Shown here one piece after another: positions 25,405-38,320 of a DNA stretch of 64,000 nt; position 1 is the stretch's first letter, and each line of letters begins with the position of its first letter. Where the stretch lies: NCBI GenBank assembly GCA_951406725.2, contig OX597816.1, forward strand, positions 48,360,001 through 48,424,000. The letters are read 5' to 3'. Under the pieces are notes generated by a model. It was not told the origin of the DNA. It did not search any database and worked only from the letters and a program-made list of their open reading frames with translations. A program made the position numbers and the translations under genes. The DNA is from Octopus vulgaris (taxonomy: Eukaryota).

Positions 25405-25621
25405 CATTTTATTCCTTTATTGCCCACAGGGGGCTAAACATAGGGGGGATAAGCAAGGATAGACAAAGGGATTAAGTCGATTATAGCGACCCCAGTCCGT
25501 AACTGGTACTTATTTAATCGACCCCCGAAAGGATGAAATGCAAAGTCGACCTTGGCGGAATTTGAACTCAGAACGCTAAGCATTTCGCCCGGCGTGCTAC
25601 CGATTCTGCCAGCTCACTGCT
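25405..25621 (-). mobile_element. SINE family B (young)
   Basis: CpG-rich copy, matches 31124-31355. Confidence 0.85.
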
Positions 25622-25709
25622 CATTGTTATCACTCTAATAAGGGGCTTGGTCGAAATAACCACAACAGTGCATTTTGTTTCATGTACTGGTTTTTTGTGT
25701 CACACTAAA

Positions 25710-26224
25710 CATCATCATCATCATCATCATCATCACCTCTTAACATCTGCTTTCCATGCTGGCATGGGTTTGGTGGTCTCACATGGAGCTGGTCAGCAAA
25801 GTTGTCCAAACTCCAGTTGTCTGTTGTGGCATGGTTTCTATGGCTGGATGCCCTTCCTAATGCCAACTACTTAACAGAGGGTACTGGGTGGCTTTTATAT
25901 GCCACCAGCATGGGTGCATTTATGCAGCACTGGCACAGGTGCGTTAACACAGCTCTGGCATAGGTGATTTTTAAGTGGCACCGACATCTGTAAGGACAAG
26001 CTTGGATGTGTGGAAGAGAGTGATTACTTAGCTTGATGCATCTTATCAAGTACAGTAAATCACCATGTCTCCTGGTCTTTTGTCATTTCCTCGGTAAGGC
26101 CCAGCATCTGAACATTCTTTCTCACCACTTTGTCCCACATCTTCCTGGATCTACCCCTTCCACTGGTACCCTCCACAATTAGAACTTAACACTTCTTTAC
26201 GCAGCTGTCCTTATCCATATGCAA
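25710..26224 (-). mobile_element. Older RTE LINE 3' end
   Basis: Minus strand: MDKDSCVKKC..VEGTSGRGRSRKMWDKVV, then ttaggaagggcatccagcc motif and (GAT)n tail. Confidence 0.85.
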
Positions 26225-26342
26225 CTAATTTGTATGTATGTATGCATGTTTTGTATGTGTGTATATATATATATATATATACACACACGTGTGTGTGTGT
26301 GAGAAATTTAGAAATAATATATATATATATATATATATATAT

Positions 26343-26627
26343 GCCCAGTGGTTAAGGCAGCGGACTCGTGGTTCGTGGTTTCGATTCCCAGACAGGGTGT
26401 TGTGAGTGTTTATTGAGCGAAAACACCTAAAAGCTCCACGACACTCCAGCAGGGGGTGGTGATCCCTGCTGTACTCTTTCACCACTCTTTCTCCCATTCT
26501 TTCTTCTGTTGGCCTGCTCGTTTAGCCAGCGGGGTGGCGTCATTCGAAGGCTAAAACAATGCGAACACATTGTGACCAGCGATGTGTAACAACATCTGAT
26601 GGTCTGGTCGGTCTCGTGATCATGTGA
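26343..26627 (+). mobile_element. tRNA-derived SINE family D within (TA)n
   Basis: gcccagtggttaaggcagcggactcg..ggtttcgattccc..ttgagcgaaaacacctaa; CpG-rich. Confidence 0.75.
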
Positions 26628-26657
26628 TATATATATATATATATGCATTTAAGTTGA

Positions 26658-27034
26658 AGGCATGGCTGTGTGGTAAGAAGTTTCCTTCCCAACAACATGG
26701 TTCTGGGTCCAATCAGTTTTTGTGGCACTTTGGGTAGCCCTGGGATGACCAAAGCCTTGTGGATGAATTTGGTTTTATGGGATCTGAGAAAAGCCTCTCA
26801 TATGTGTATGTGTGTGTCTCTGCTTTGATATCGTGTGATAGTTGTAAACAAGTGTCACTGTCATACATGTGGTGTTGGTGTCCTTCATTACACAAACGAC
26901 TGTAAAAACATGTCCAGTCATGGGGGAAATATTATCTTACATGTAAACAGGTGACAGTGACATGATTGTAGAAAATCTGTCCCAGCAAATTCCATGGAAA
27001 GCATGCAAAGGTGGATATCAAAATAATGATAATG
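26658..27034 (+). mobile_element. SINE family A' (older)
   Basis: Same architecture as 46907-47352. Confidence 0.75.
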
Positions 27035-27321
27035 CTATATATATATATATATATAAATAAAAAGGGGTTTGTATGATCGTGTATAGAGGGATATATATTA
27101 TTCAAAGAAATTCCAACTCTGTCTGTTTTTTATGTTTTATTTATATTCTTTATAGTATCATTGTAGAGTATAGAATATATAGTATAAATAATATATATAG
27201 TAAAATGAAATGAAGTATTGATTGTCTTATTGACTAGATGAAATATTGAATATGAAATATTAAGGGACTAGTATACTTTCTTGCATTAAAGCAATCTTCA
27301 AGGTCCCAGGTTGTGACAGGT

Positions 27322-27469
27322 GTGCATAACTGGTACTTATTTAATCGACCCTGAAATGATTAAAGGCAAAGGCAACCTCAGCGGTATTTGAACTCAGAAC
27401 GTAGCGGCAGACGAAATACTGCTAAGCACTTCGCCCAGCATGCTAACGATTCTACCAGCTCGCCGCCTT
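27322..27469 (-). mobile_element. SINE family B 5' part
   Basis: aactggtacttatttaatcgaccc..ccagctcgccgcc. Confidence 0.8.
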
Positions 27470-27922
27470 AAATTATGCCATGTTCTGCCTTTAAATTATG
27501 CTATGATCAGCTTCGCCTTTCATCCTTCTGGAGTTGACATATGGTCTCTTGAGACATAGAACTGTGAAAGAAAAATCTGTGTGTGTGTATGTTGATTGGC
27601 TGGTCAATTGATTGATTGATCAATCCAACCAACAGGCTTCCGCACAGTTTTTATCTAGTAAGTTTAACTCAGAAGGCTTCCGTTGACATGAGGCTGTTGT
27701 AAAAGACCATGTCCTTGCCCAAGGTGCTGTCCATGTCTTGTCCAAGGAGACCCAGGTGTATGATACTGTATAATACCAGACACACATGCCTACATGAAAT
27801 AACTTCACATAAATTTCTAGGTATAATAAAGTTCCAGTTTTTATTGAATCTCCAGTCTTTTACTCCCAGATGAGCTGATATTACTACCATGAATGAATTG
27901 CTTATGTTTCTAATGTAGAGTA

Positions 27923-29250
27923 ATCATCATCATCATTTAATGTCTGTTTTCCATGCTGGCATGGGTTGGATGATTTTTAAGGAGCTGGCCTGCCAGAAAG
28001 CTGCACCAGGCTTCAATTGTATGTCTTGGCGTGGTTTCCTAATGTTGACTACTTTACAGAGTGTACTGGGTGCTTTTTGCATGGCACCAGCACCAGCTGT
28101 ATTATGTGGCACCAGCATTTGTGCTTCATATACGACACTGGCACGAGTGCTTCTTTCATGGCACCAGCATGGGTGTTTTCTACATGGCACTGGAATGAGT
28201 ACTTTTTTATGTAACACCTGCACAGGTACTTTTGGTGTGACACTGGCATGGGTGTTTTATCTGTAACACTGGCATGAGTGCTTTTCTATGTGACACCAGC
28301 ACAGGTGTTTTCTATGTAACACTGGGATGAGTGCTTTTCTATGTGACACAAGCATAGGTGTTTTCTATGTAACACTGGGATGAATGCTTTTCTATGTGAC
28401 ACCAGCACAGGTGTTTTCTATGTAACACTGGGATGAGTGCTTTTTATGTGACACCAGCACAGGTGTTTTCTATGTAACACTGGGATGAGTGCTTTTTATG
28501 TGACACCAGCACAGGTGTTTTCTATGTAACACTGGGATGAGTGCTTTTCTATGTGACACCAGCACAGGTGTTTTCTATGTAACACTGGGATGAGTGCTTT
28601 TCTATGTGACACAAACATAGGTGTTTTCTATGTAACACTGGGATGAATGCTTTTCTATGTGACACCAGCACAGGTGTTTTCTATGTAACACTGGGATGAG
28701 TGCTTTTTATGTGACACCAGCACAGGTGTTTTCTATGTAACACTGGGATGAGTGCTTTTCTATGTGACACCAGCACAGGTGTTTTCTATGTAACACTGGG
28801 ATGAGTGCTTTTCTATGTGACACAAACATAGGTGTTTTCTATGTAACACTGGGATGAATGCTTTTCTATGTGACACCAGCACAGGTGTTTTCTATGTAAC
28901 ACTGGGATGAGTGCTTTTTATGTGACACCAGCACAGGTGTTTTCTATGTAACACTGGGATGAATGCTTTTCTATGTGACACCAGCACAGGTGTTTTCTAT
29001 GTAACACTGGGATGAGTGCTTTTTATGTGACACCATAACAGGTGTTTTCTATGTAACACTGGGATGAGTGCTTTTTATGTAACACTGGGATGAGTGCTTT
29101 TCTATGTGACACCAGCACAGGTGTTTTCTATGTAACACTGGGATGAGTGCTTTTCTATGTGACACCAGCACAGGTACTCTTGATGTGACACCAGCATTGG
29201 TGCTTTCTACACAACACTGGCACGAGTGCTTTTTACATGACCCCAAAACA
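27923..29250 (-). mobile_element. RTE 3' UTR fragment containing an expanded minisatellite
   Basis: (ATC)n ttaatgtctgttttccatgctggcatgggttgg followed by UTR-module-derived repeats. Confidence 0.8.
28260..29175. repeat. Minisatellite, 52-53-bp unit (26+27 dimer), about 17 copies
   Basis: tatgtgacaccagcacaggtgttttc-tatgtaacactgggatgagtgcttttc repeated with few variants. Confidence 0.95.
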
Positions 29251-30299
29251 GCTACTTTGAGGCAAAAAAAAAAAAAACAGCAACAGGCCCATTAATGATA
29301 AAGGCATAGTGTATTCAGAACTACATTATCCAATATCTCTTTCATTTAGGTGCGCCTTGAGGTAGATATCATTCTTTTTTCTAGTAGATTGAGTGACCGT
29401 TGAAGCTTGTATGCATCTGCAATAAAGACATTTATTTCTTGGCATCGAAGTTTATTTAATTCTAAGTAGATACCACAGATAGTAACAATATTATGTTTTC
29501 CCTGTGAAGATCGCTTGCAGCGTAAAATTAATGAATATTTCATTATTTAGCTGTCCTGAATTCAATTCATCTTGTAGCAAATGTTAGTGGCTGTAAACAA
29601 GTATTATTTTATCCAAATAAACATCTATAATGGAAACTAGAGATAAACACCATCCCTATGGATCTCTGTGATTTAGACGAGAATTAGATATTTTAAATGC
29701 ATTTTGAGTTTTGTTAATGACATAAGGGACCAAAATATTTTATAAATCGTTCAGCTGAATCAGTCAGTAACTGATTATAGTTTTGATTTCCCTAATTTTT
29801 TTTTTATTTTATATATTCCTCTTTCATTCTTTTCTTGAATGAAAATTGAAATTGACAAATGCAAGAATTGCAAGAGGTTTCTTTTTAGCAAAAATAAATG
29901 AATTATTCAGAAGAAGATAAGGAGCAAACTCCCTGGCCTTTGTAGGCTCTGTCAGATTAATGAGACTGACATGATTAATGTTTAGTTTGAACTTTTGTGA
30001 GTTGACACCTGTAGAAAACATGAGAAGATTTGTTATTTTTATCATTTTTTTTAGCTTTTAAAGCCAAAGAAAGAGCATTTATAGAGTCAATTGACTAGCT
30101 ATAATTAGCAGCCAAATGGTCCTCAGATCACACTGTACCATCTTAAAAAGAAGGAACATGTTGGGGTATGTTGTTTAAGATACCAAGCATAGCCATCACT
30201 CACAAGCAAGTATGACTTGGTATGCATTTACCATGGGTTTTACTAATTGTTTTAGGTGCTTATATAGTGGTGAGCAGTCATAGGTACCTACTTGGCTCT

Positions 30300-31031
30300 T
30301 CTACTCATCACTTAGCATAACATGAGGATTGTGACAGTTCAAGTGAGCAAGGACTACACCAACTCTAGGCTGGTACTCAATTCCTGTTGAGTATACATGT
30401 GTAATGTGAAATGAAACACCTTGCTCAAGGACACACTATGCCACCCATCTAAGAATTGAACCCACATCCTTATGATTATAATTCCAATACCTTAACCACT
30501 AGGTCACTTCACTAGGTAGTAAGTAAAATAAAGTTACCTTCTCGAGTCATACCGACTCATAAGGACTGGTTTCCTGGTTTCCATGGCTTATGTATTCCCC
30601 ACCTGGACGGCACACTGGGCCATTGCAGGATTACTCATTTTTTCCACTTGAGGGAACTGGAGCAACACGAAATGAAGTGTTTTGCTCAAGAGCACAATAC
30701 GTTGCCCAGTCCAAGTACTGAAACCACAATCTTACGATCATGAGTCCAACATTCTAACCACTAAGCCATGCACCTCCACACAGAAGTTACATTCTTGATT
30801 CATACGGACTCATAAGGGCCAGTTTCCTGGTTTCATTGCATATATATTCCCCACCTGGACAGGACGGGGGTCTGTTGTGGGATTACTCATTTTTGTCAGC
30901 TGAGTGGACTGGAGCAATATGGAATGAAGTGTTTTGCTCAAGAACACAATGCACCACCAGGCCCAGGAATCAAAACCATAATCTTAAGATCATTAGGCCA
31001 ACACCCTAACCACTAAGCTACATGTCTCCAC
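30300..31031 (-). mobile_element. Three tandem SINE C copies
   Basis: Repeated gaaatgaagtgttttgctcaag..taaccactaag units near 30400, 30670 and 30920. Confidence 0.8.
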
Positions 31032-31123
31032 ACTTCAGTAGATACACTGCATCAAAAAAGGGAAAATATAAGAGGAGATAAAGGTAGGATGGTCACAGCT
31101 GGAACTGCTTTTATCAGGTAATC

Positions 31124-31355
31124 TATTTCTTTACTACCCACAAGGGGCTAAACACAGAGGGGACAAACAAGGACAGACAAACGGATTAAGTCGATTATAT
31201 AGACCCCAGTGCATAACTGATACTTATTTAATCGACCCCGATAGGATGAAAGGCAAAGTCGACCTCGGCGGAATTTGAACTCAGAACATAGTGGCAGACG
31301 AAATACTGCTAAGCATTTCGCCCGGCATGCTACCATTTCTGCCAGCTCGCTGCCT
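31124..31355 (-). mobile_element. SINE family B, full length
   Basis: tatttctttactacccacaaggggcta..tctgccagctcgctgcc. Confidence 0.9.
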
Positions 31356-33358
31356 ATCTGAATTAGTGCTAAGTTAGGGTTAAGGAACATCTTGGATAAA
31401 TAGGGAATTTCTGAGAGGCTTGCAGTTCTGAGAAAGAATTATCGGGTAAGTACATCAAATAGGATGGACTGGGATAGAGGAAGCTTACTAGCTGAGACTA
31501 TTGTACCCACCTTTGAGTTGTTGAAACAGAACGCGGAGGGACTGTAGTTGGTAAACATCAGAGAGGTTACCTTTCAAGGGAATGGACCACACCACTGTGT
31601 GTTTTTATAGTTTGGGTTTGATCTCTTTAAAGAAAGATAGATTGAAAAGTGCAGTGTGTGTGTCTGTGTGTGTGTGTAACATCTAAATCTGAAATGCAGT
31701 TGTTGATGTGTATGAGACACTCTGTGTCACATCTCCTTGTTTAGTTGGAGTGATTTGAGAAGTTATGTTCCCCTTGATGACAATCTATAGGTAGTAGTCA
31801 TGAGCCATGTATAATAAAGAAAGAGATTTTTGGAGGATGCTTTGTGTCTTTGATTGGGGGGACCATGGCACTGTAACTGCTGATAAACTTAAGGTGGTGG
31901 AATGAGATATGTAATGTGATCTGTCACAATACCCAGTGCATGTGCATCTTGTAGTTGATAGATGTTGTTGTTGATGATGATGATAAGGCAGAGGAGGATT
32001 TGCTGTTTGTATGCAGTCTGGTGATGGAATTAAAACTAGATAGCATGTGTGGTAGTTTTACCTGCAGGAGTGCTATTATTTACAGAGCCACCTTAGTTGA
32101 AAAGCCAGAAGTGAAACTGTTTTCTATGTGTTTTTCATGCTCTGAATAGATTTTGTAAACTTAATATCTCTCTCTCACACACATACACACACATACACAC
32201 ACCGTGCTGGATAATGTGTTATGGCTAATGAAGTTATTTTTCCTATTACAAACCACTCAGTGATATGGTGTCTGGTACCACAGCTACCAGTACCTCATGA
32301 TTACAGAACTTTATGTAGTTACGTAACTAACTCAATATTGCTGCTCTATTTATATTAATGAACAGAACTCTTTGTCTCCACCACAACCATGAATATCCTT
32401 TTATCCACTTTCCATGCTACCATGGGTTAGAAGAGTTATCCCTATCTGAATTAGTTCTTATTGGGTGCCATTGCCTTTATAGACAGTTCAAAGGACTGTA
32501 TCTTGCTTGTGCATTTCAGTTTTAGCTTGTTTCTATGACCTGATGTTCTTGTCACCAAAAATTACAAAATTGGAACGATATAGTTCTGAATCTTAAGACA
32601 GTTTACATAGAATAATGTTGCTGAATGTATAATGGCTGCCCAGTTGTAGGTTAACAACTGAGGTCTAATGCTAGAGATAGTAAAGAACATTTTAAGTCAG
32701 ATTTTATTATTTAAGACAAACTAAGTTCAGCTACATGATGTAGAAGAAAAGATGCATATAATGTACTTCACCTTAATATAACATACTTATAAAAGTGTGT
32801 TATTAATACATATAATTTCAAAAGTGTGAACTCACCTCAAATAATGTTGACAATTTATTGTGTAAGATTGTAAAGAAGTGTGACTAATTGAATGCACTCA
32901 ATCAAAAATATACTAGGAAAATGTTACACACGGTATTTTCACATTGTGCGCACACATTATTTCAACGTATGGGGTAACTATGTGATCAATCAATCAACAA
33001 AAGGAATTGTTGTTTCGGAGAATACAACTTTATGATTACATTTTTCATAGAGGTCACCTATAGAAATCTCTGCACAATGCCACAATGCAACATTTTCTTT
33101 GGCTTTGAATGCCTGCCTGTCTTGACCCTTCGAAAATATTTTGTAGCTATCTCATGATGGACTCTATTTTAACCATCTTATTAACTCATGTTACCATGAA
33201 CATGAATATTATATTTTCATTATTTATGGCTTACAATAGTTTTCAATATAACATTCATATAAATTATATGTTTCAAACTTCGGAAAATCTTTAAAAAATA
33301 TAAAGAAATCTGTCAAAATGTTACACATATGGAAATGAATATATATTGTATTTATAAT

Positions 33359-33410
<52 letters not shown>

Positions 33411-33684
33411 TTGTTTGTATTATTATTAGTCAATCTATTAACTTTCAGTATTCTAAAAAGCTATTTAATAACAGCAGTACCAATTTATTGAAACACACCA
33501 GACAGTTGTATTTTTTTTCTTTTAGTTGTTTAAAATTTTGTTTCAAGATGTTATTATATTAACTCATATAATTTTTATGGGCCTTAAATAGAAAAGAATT
33601 TGTAAAACTTAAATGACAAAATAAATTGATATGACTAAAATACAGTAAAATTACAGTGTTATTGTTGTTATTATTATTAGTGGG

Positions 33685-34440
33685 TGGGCGAGGGCAGTGA
33701 ATTAACAGAACTGTTGGTGCTTGAAAAAAAAATGTTTTATAGCATTTCTTCAGGTTCTTTGCTCTGCGTTCAAATCCTGTTGTGATAAACTTCGCCTTTA
33801 ATCCCCATGGCATTGATAAAATAAAGTACCAGTGAAGTACTGGGGTTGATGGTCCTGACTTAACCTCACTTCCCTGAAATTGCTGGCATCGTGCCTATGG
33901 CAAGGCAGCAGATTTGTTAGCGCATTAGAAAAATACCATCTGATATTTGTTCTCTTATATTCTGAGTTCAAATCCTGCTGAAGTTAACATTGTCATTATC
34001 TGGCCATGAGCACATATATGAGGTAATGAATAATGGGAAATAGATTGGAAGAATCAATAGAGACTTGGACAAAATTTTCTGGCTTTTTGTATTCCTAGTT
34101 CAAATCCTGCCTAGGTCATTTAATACTTCTGGGGTTGATAAATAAAATACCAGTCAAATACTGAGGTTGGTGTTATTGACTAACTTCTTTCCCCTTAAAA
34201 TGACAGGCCTTGTGCATAAATCAGAAGCCATTGTTGTTATTATTGTTATTTAAGGTGGTGAACTGGCAGAACTGTTAGCATGCTAGGTAAAATGCTTAGT
34301 GGCATTTCATTTGTCCTTATGTTCTGAGTTCAAATTCTGCTGAGGTTGACTTTGCCTTTCATCCTTTTGGGGTCAATGTAATAAGTACCACTTATGCACT
34401 GCTCCCTACCCCAAAATTTCTGACTTTGTGTGAAGAAAGG
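33685..34440 (+). mobile_element. Tandem cluster of at least four SINE B copies
   Basis: Repeated gttcaaatcctg/gttcaaattctg B boxes and ggggttgataaataaaatacc. Confidence 0.8.
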
Positions 34441-34445
34441 ATTAT

Positions 34446-34690
34446 TACTTCTGGCTTAGCAAAGGCAGAGGTATTGTTTTCAGTCATGTTTGTTTGTTTG
34501 TGGACAAGATATCTCAAGAACTGCTGGATGGATTCAAATGAAACTTTCAGAGATGTTTGGCCTTATGACTGGCACTAAATGTTTAGATTTTGGAATCGAT
34601 CTGGTACTAGACAAGGTTTCTGGATTATTTTTCCGGTTTTTTAACCTAATTTTTTGAGAGCAGTCAGTTTCTTTTTTTGTACTCATAAAG
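34446..34690 (+). mobile_element. HINE-like element, 5' part, opposite orientation to 36606-36972
   Basis: aaggcagaggtattgttttcagtcatgtttgtttg..gaaactttcag..tgactggca..ctggattatt. Confidence 0.75.
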
Positions 34691-35149
34691 CATTATGTGC
34701 CTCAAATGCTCTTTGGAGACTTCCATGTTGAAAGGGTTTTAATCAAAGAAATTTTAATTCTATAATTCTGTAAAATTATATTTAATTACTTTAAATGTAC
34801 ACAAATGCATAAAAATAATTTTTAATTCTATTAGACATTCTAAAATACTATTAAATTTCATTCAATTTTAAAAAAGGTAAAATCGGACAGAACTTCTAAC
34901 TCTTTTTAAATATAAACAGTCCAAAAGTGGAATAAATTAGCTTGTTGTGAGCAAAAAGAAAGACTAAAATTCTGCTCAGAAATCTTTATTGTCTATAAGT
35001 GCCATCATAAAGCAATCCTCTCCACAGAAAAGTCCTGCTTGCAACATAAATTTTTTTCCCCTCTTTCTCATTTAACAATTATATCTTGAGACGCCCGTTC
35101 TATTTGACTTGAATGTATCCTGGTTTCTCTGGCATATAAGTGACTGAGA

Positions 35150-35355
35150 GTACAAGATGACTGACTGTAACACTAGTCCATTACAGCATTGATCCTCAGC
35201 TGTCATTAGTACTCATATTCAGTGAAGAGGACTGAAGCAACATAAAATGAAAGGTCTTACTCAAGAACACAATATACTGCCTGGTCCGAGAATCAAAACC
35301 ATGATTTAATGATCACAAACCTAACTTCCTAACCACTATGCTATGTCCATTCACA
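35150..35355 (-). mobile_element. SINE family C (old)
   Basis: ctcaagaacacaat..gaatcaaaacc..taaccacta. Confidence 0.65.
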
Positions 35356-35908
35356 TCTCTGCCTTATGGTAAACTGTTTTGCTTCACCTTCAAGCTGTTT
35401 TTCTGCACCTTCAAACTGTTTGTACTCCCTAATTGCCAACTTTGATTATTAGTTTTTCTCAGGTCTTATTGATAACTGTTAGTTGAAGTTGTTAGAGTAA
35501 TAACAGAACTTCCTGACAGACTAATAAGATGATATTTATTCATGAGAGTTGTCAGTTGAAACTGTTTTTTGTGACACGTTTTTGAGTCTGAAACTAATTG
35601 AGTCTAACAAAACAATAGTTCTATGGTTGCTACACTAGACTGCACTAAAAATTAGTTTCTCTTCCTTAATTTTTGTTGTTGTTGTTGATGGCTTAGTGAG
35701 ATAAAGATGAAGAGCCCCCTGCAAAACCATTTTCAGGATCTCAGTATCTGATGGCAGAAATTTTTTCTCAGGCCAGAGACAACATCTGAATGCCAGTGAG
35801 AAACTGAACCCTGCTAGAGAGAGCCAAGTGCCTCAGCTTAGCTATTTGAATTTGCAGAAATAGTAGCCAAATTTCTCTCAAAATGTCAGTGAATGTACAA
35901 ATTGACAT

Positions 35909-36543
35909 TAAGGATGAAAGGCAAAGTCGACCTTGGTGAAATTTGAACTCAGAATGTAGCGACAGGCAAAAGGCAAAACACTGCTAAGCATTTCGTCCAG
36001 CATGCTAACGATTCTGCCAGCTTGCTGCCTTAAATAATAATAATGATAATAATAATAATAATAATCCTTTCTACTGGAAGCACAAGGCTTCAAATTTGGG
36101 GGAAGGGATTAAGTTGATTACATTGACCCCAGTGCATAACTGGTTCTTATTTAATTGACCCCAAAAGGATGAAAAGCAAAGTTGACCTCAGTGGAATTTG
36201 AACTCAGAATGTAGCAGCAGACGAAATACCGCTATGCTTTTCGCCCAGTTCACTAACAATTCTGCCAGCTCACCATTTTAATAACAAATAATAATAATGA
36301 TAATAATCTTAATCATAATAATAATAATAATAATAATCTTTTCTACTATAGGCACAAGGCCTGGATTTTGTGGGGAGGGGGAAGTCGATAACATTGACCC
36401 AGTACTCAACTTGTACTTATTTTATCAACTCTGGAAGGATGAAAGACAAAGTCAACATCAGTGGAATTTGAACTCAGAACATAGTGGCAGATGAAATACT
36501 GCTAAGCATCTCACCCGTCTCGCTAACTATTCTGCCAGCTCAC

Positions 36544-36547
<4 letters not shown>
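35909..36547 (-). mobile_element. Tandem cluster of three SINE B copies separated by (AAT)n
   Basis: Three aggatgaaa..gaactcagaa..ctgccagct units. Confidence 0.85.
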
Positions 36548-36581
<34 letters not shown>

Positions 36582-36605
36582 TAATAATAATAATAATGAT
36601 AATAA

Positions 36606-36972
36606 TAACAAGAGCACTCAGAGGGTGCAAACCTCTGCCAAGGCAACTCCAACGTCCTCTCAACAATTAGCCAGAGATGATTTTCAAAATGAGAATATCT
36701 GAAATAAACTCCACTGTTCTCATGAATGAGAATACTAAAAATGAAACCAACCACTCTCAAAAATTAAATTAAAAAAAGCAGGAAAAATAATCCAGAATCC
36801 TTGTCCGGTATTGGATCGATCCCAAAATCTAATCAGTTCATGCCAGTCACGAGGCCAAACATCCCTGAAAGTTTCAACTGAATCCATCTTGAGATATGTT
36901 GTCCACGGACAAACAAGCAAACAAACAAACATGACTGAAAACAATACCTCCGCCTTCACCAAGGCGGAAGTA
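36606..36972 (-). mobile_element. Helentron-associated (HINE/DINE-1-like) element
   Basis: Sense 5' acttccgccttggtgaaggcggaggt subterminal inverted repeat, (GTTT)n, 3' ttggcagaggt plus stem-loop gcaccctctgagtgc, T-rich end. Confidence 0.75.
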
Positions 36973-37197
36973 ATAATGATTTTAAATTTTTGGCTCGAAG
37001 TTACAATTTTGGAGAGGAAGCAAGTTGATTGCATCGACCCCCAGTACTCAATTAGTATTTATTTTATTGACCCTGAAATGGTAAGGCAAAGTCGAACTCA
37101 GCAGCATTTGAACTCAGATGAACGATATGCTAATGATTCTACCAGCTTGCCACCTTAAGAATAATAATGATAATTTTTATTATAGTAAATAAAATAA

Positions 37198-37447
37198 ATG
37201 TGCCCTTTTAAAGCTTAGCCAGGCTCATGGGCCCGGTTTCCCGGTTTCTATGGCGTATGTGTTCCCCAGCTGGACGGGATGCCAGTCCATCGCAGCGTTA
37301 CTCATTTTTGCCAGCTGTGTGGACTGGAGTAACGTGAAATGAAGTGTTTTGCTCAAGAACACAATGCGTCGTCCGGTCCAGGAATCGAAACCACAATCTT
37401 ACGATCATGTTGCTGACACCCTAACCACCAAGCCGCGTGCCTCCACA
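37198..37447 (-). mobile_element. tRNA-derived CORE-type SINE family C
   Basis: Sense: gtggaggcacgcggcttggtggttagggtg..ggtttcgattcctgg..tgtgttcttgagcaaaacactt..aaaaatgagta..ctgcgatggactggcatcccgtccag. Confidence 0.85.
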
Positions 37448-38242
37448 GTTATAATAGTAACAACAACAACAAAGCAAGTGAAATCTCCTGACTTCCAGCA
37501 TAAGTTAAAACAAGTGATTACATCTGCGCCCCCATTCTCCCACCTTGCTACTTCCCCTTTCTTTTCTTACCCCTTACTACTCTCTTCCCAACACCCACCC
37601 ACCCACCAAATGCAGTAAAATTAACAACTTGCAGTTTTCTTTATGATGAAGTATTTTTTTGAGGTTGATCTGTAATTCCTGTCAGTTGTCCAGCACTTTT
37701 CTAGAGTACAACCATTGATTCAGAGAGCAGATAAAGTGTTATTGGGTTGGGGTAAACAGCAAAAAGATTATATAATGTTGAAATATGTTTTCCCAACTAC
37801 ATTTAATATTTTTCTTTTGAGGTATTCAAGAAAAGATTTTCTTTCTTTCTTTATTTATTTACTTATGTATTTATTACAAGTTGGAAAAGTTTAGAATCTT
37901 TGTTTTGTTTCCTTTTTGTCTTTTTTTTTTTTCTTTAAAAATATATATTTTGAAATAATGTAAGATTATTTTAACTTTTTATTTGAGAACTGATATTTTA
38001 TTATAAAAGTTCTTTTATTTGGTTTTGGTGGTTATTTTCTCTTCCTGCTTTTTTTTTCTCCTTCTTCTTACAAAACATATTTATTTCAGAAAATGAATAA
38101 CATAAAGAAGGACAAACATATTTAAAAAATAAAAAATTACAAATATATTTTATTAAAAAAAGGTCTTTATTAAATTCAGTATAAAAATACACACATACCC
38201 ATAAGTATGTGTATATATGTATATGTGAGAATATACATACAT

Positions 38243-38320
<78 letters not shown>

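Noticed and set aside
28260-29175. CRISPR-like regular array
   Set aside because: Units are contiguous tandem repeats without unique spacers, derive from an RTE UTR, and there are no cas genes; eukaryotic context.
31380-32150. Possible decayed Penelope GIY-YIG coding remnant on the minus strand
   Set aside because: Only vague motifs (IKPKL); too degraded to support without a translated search.
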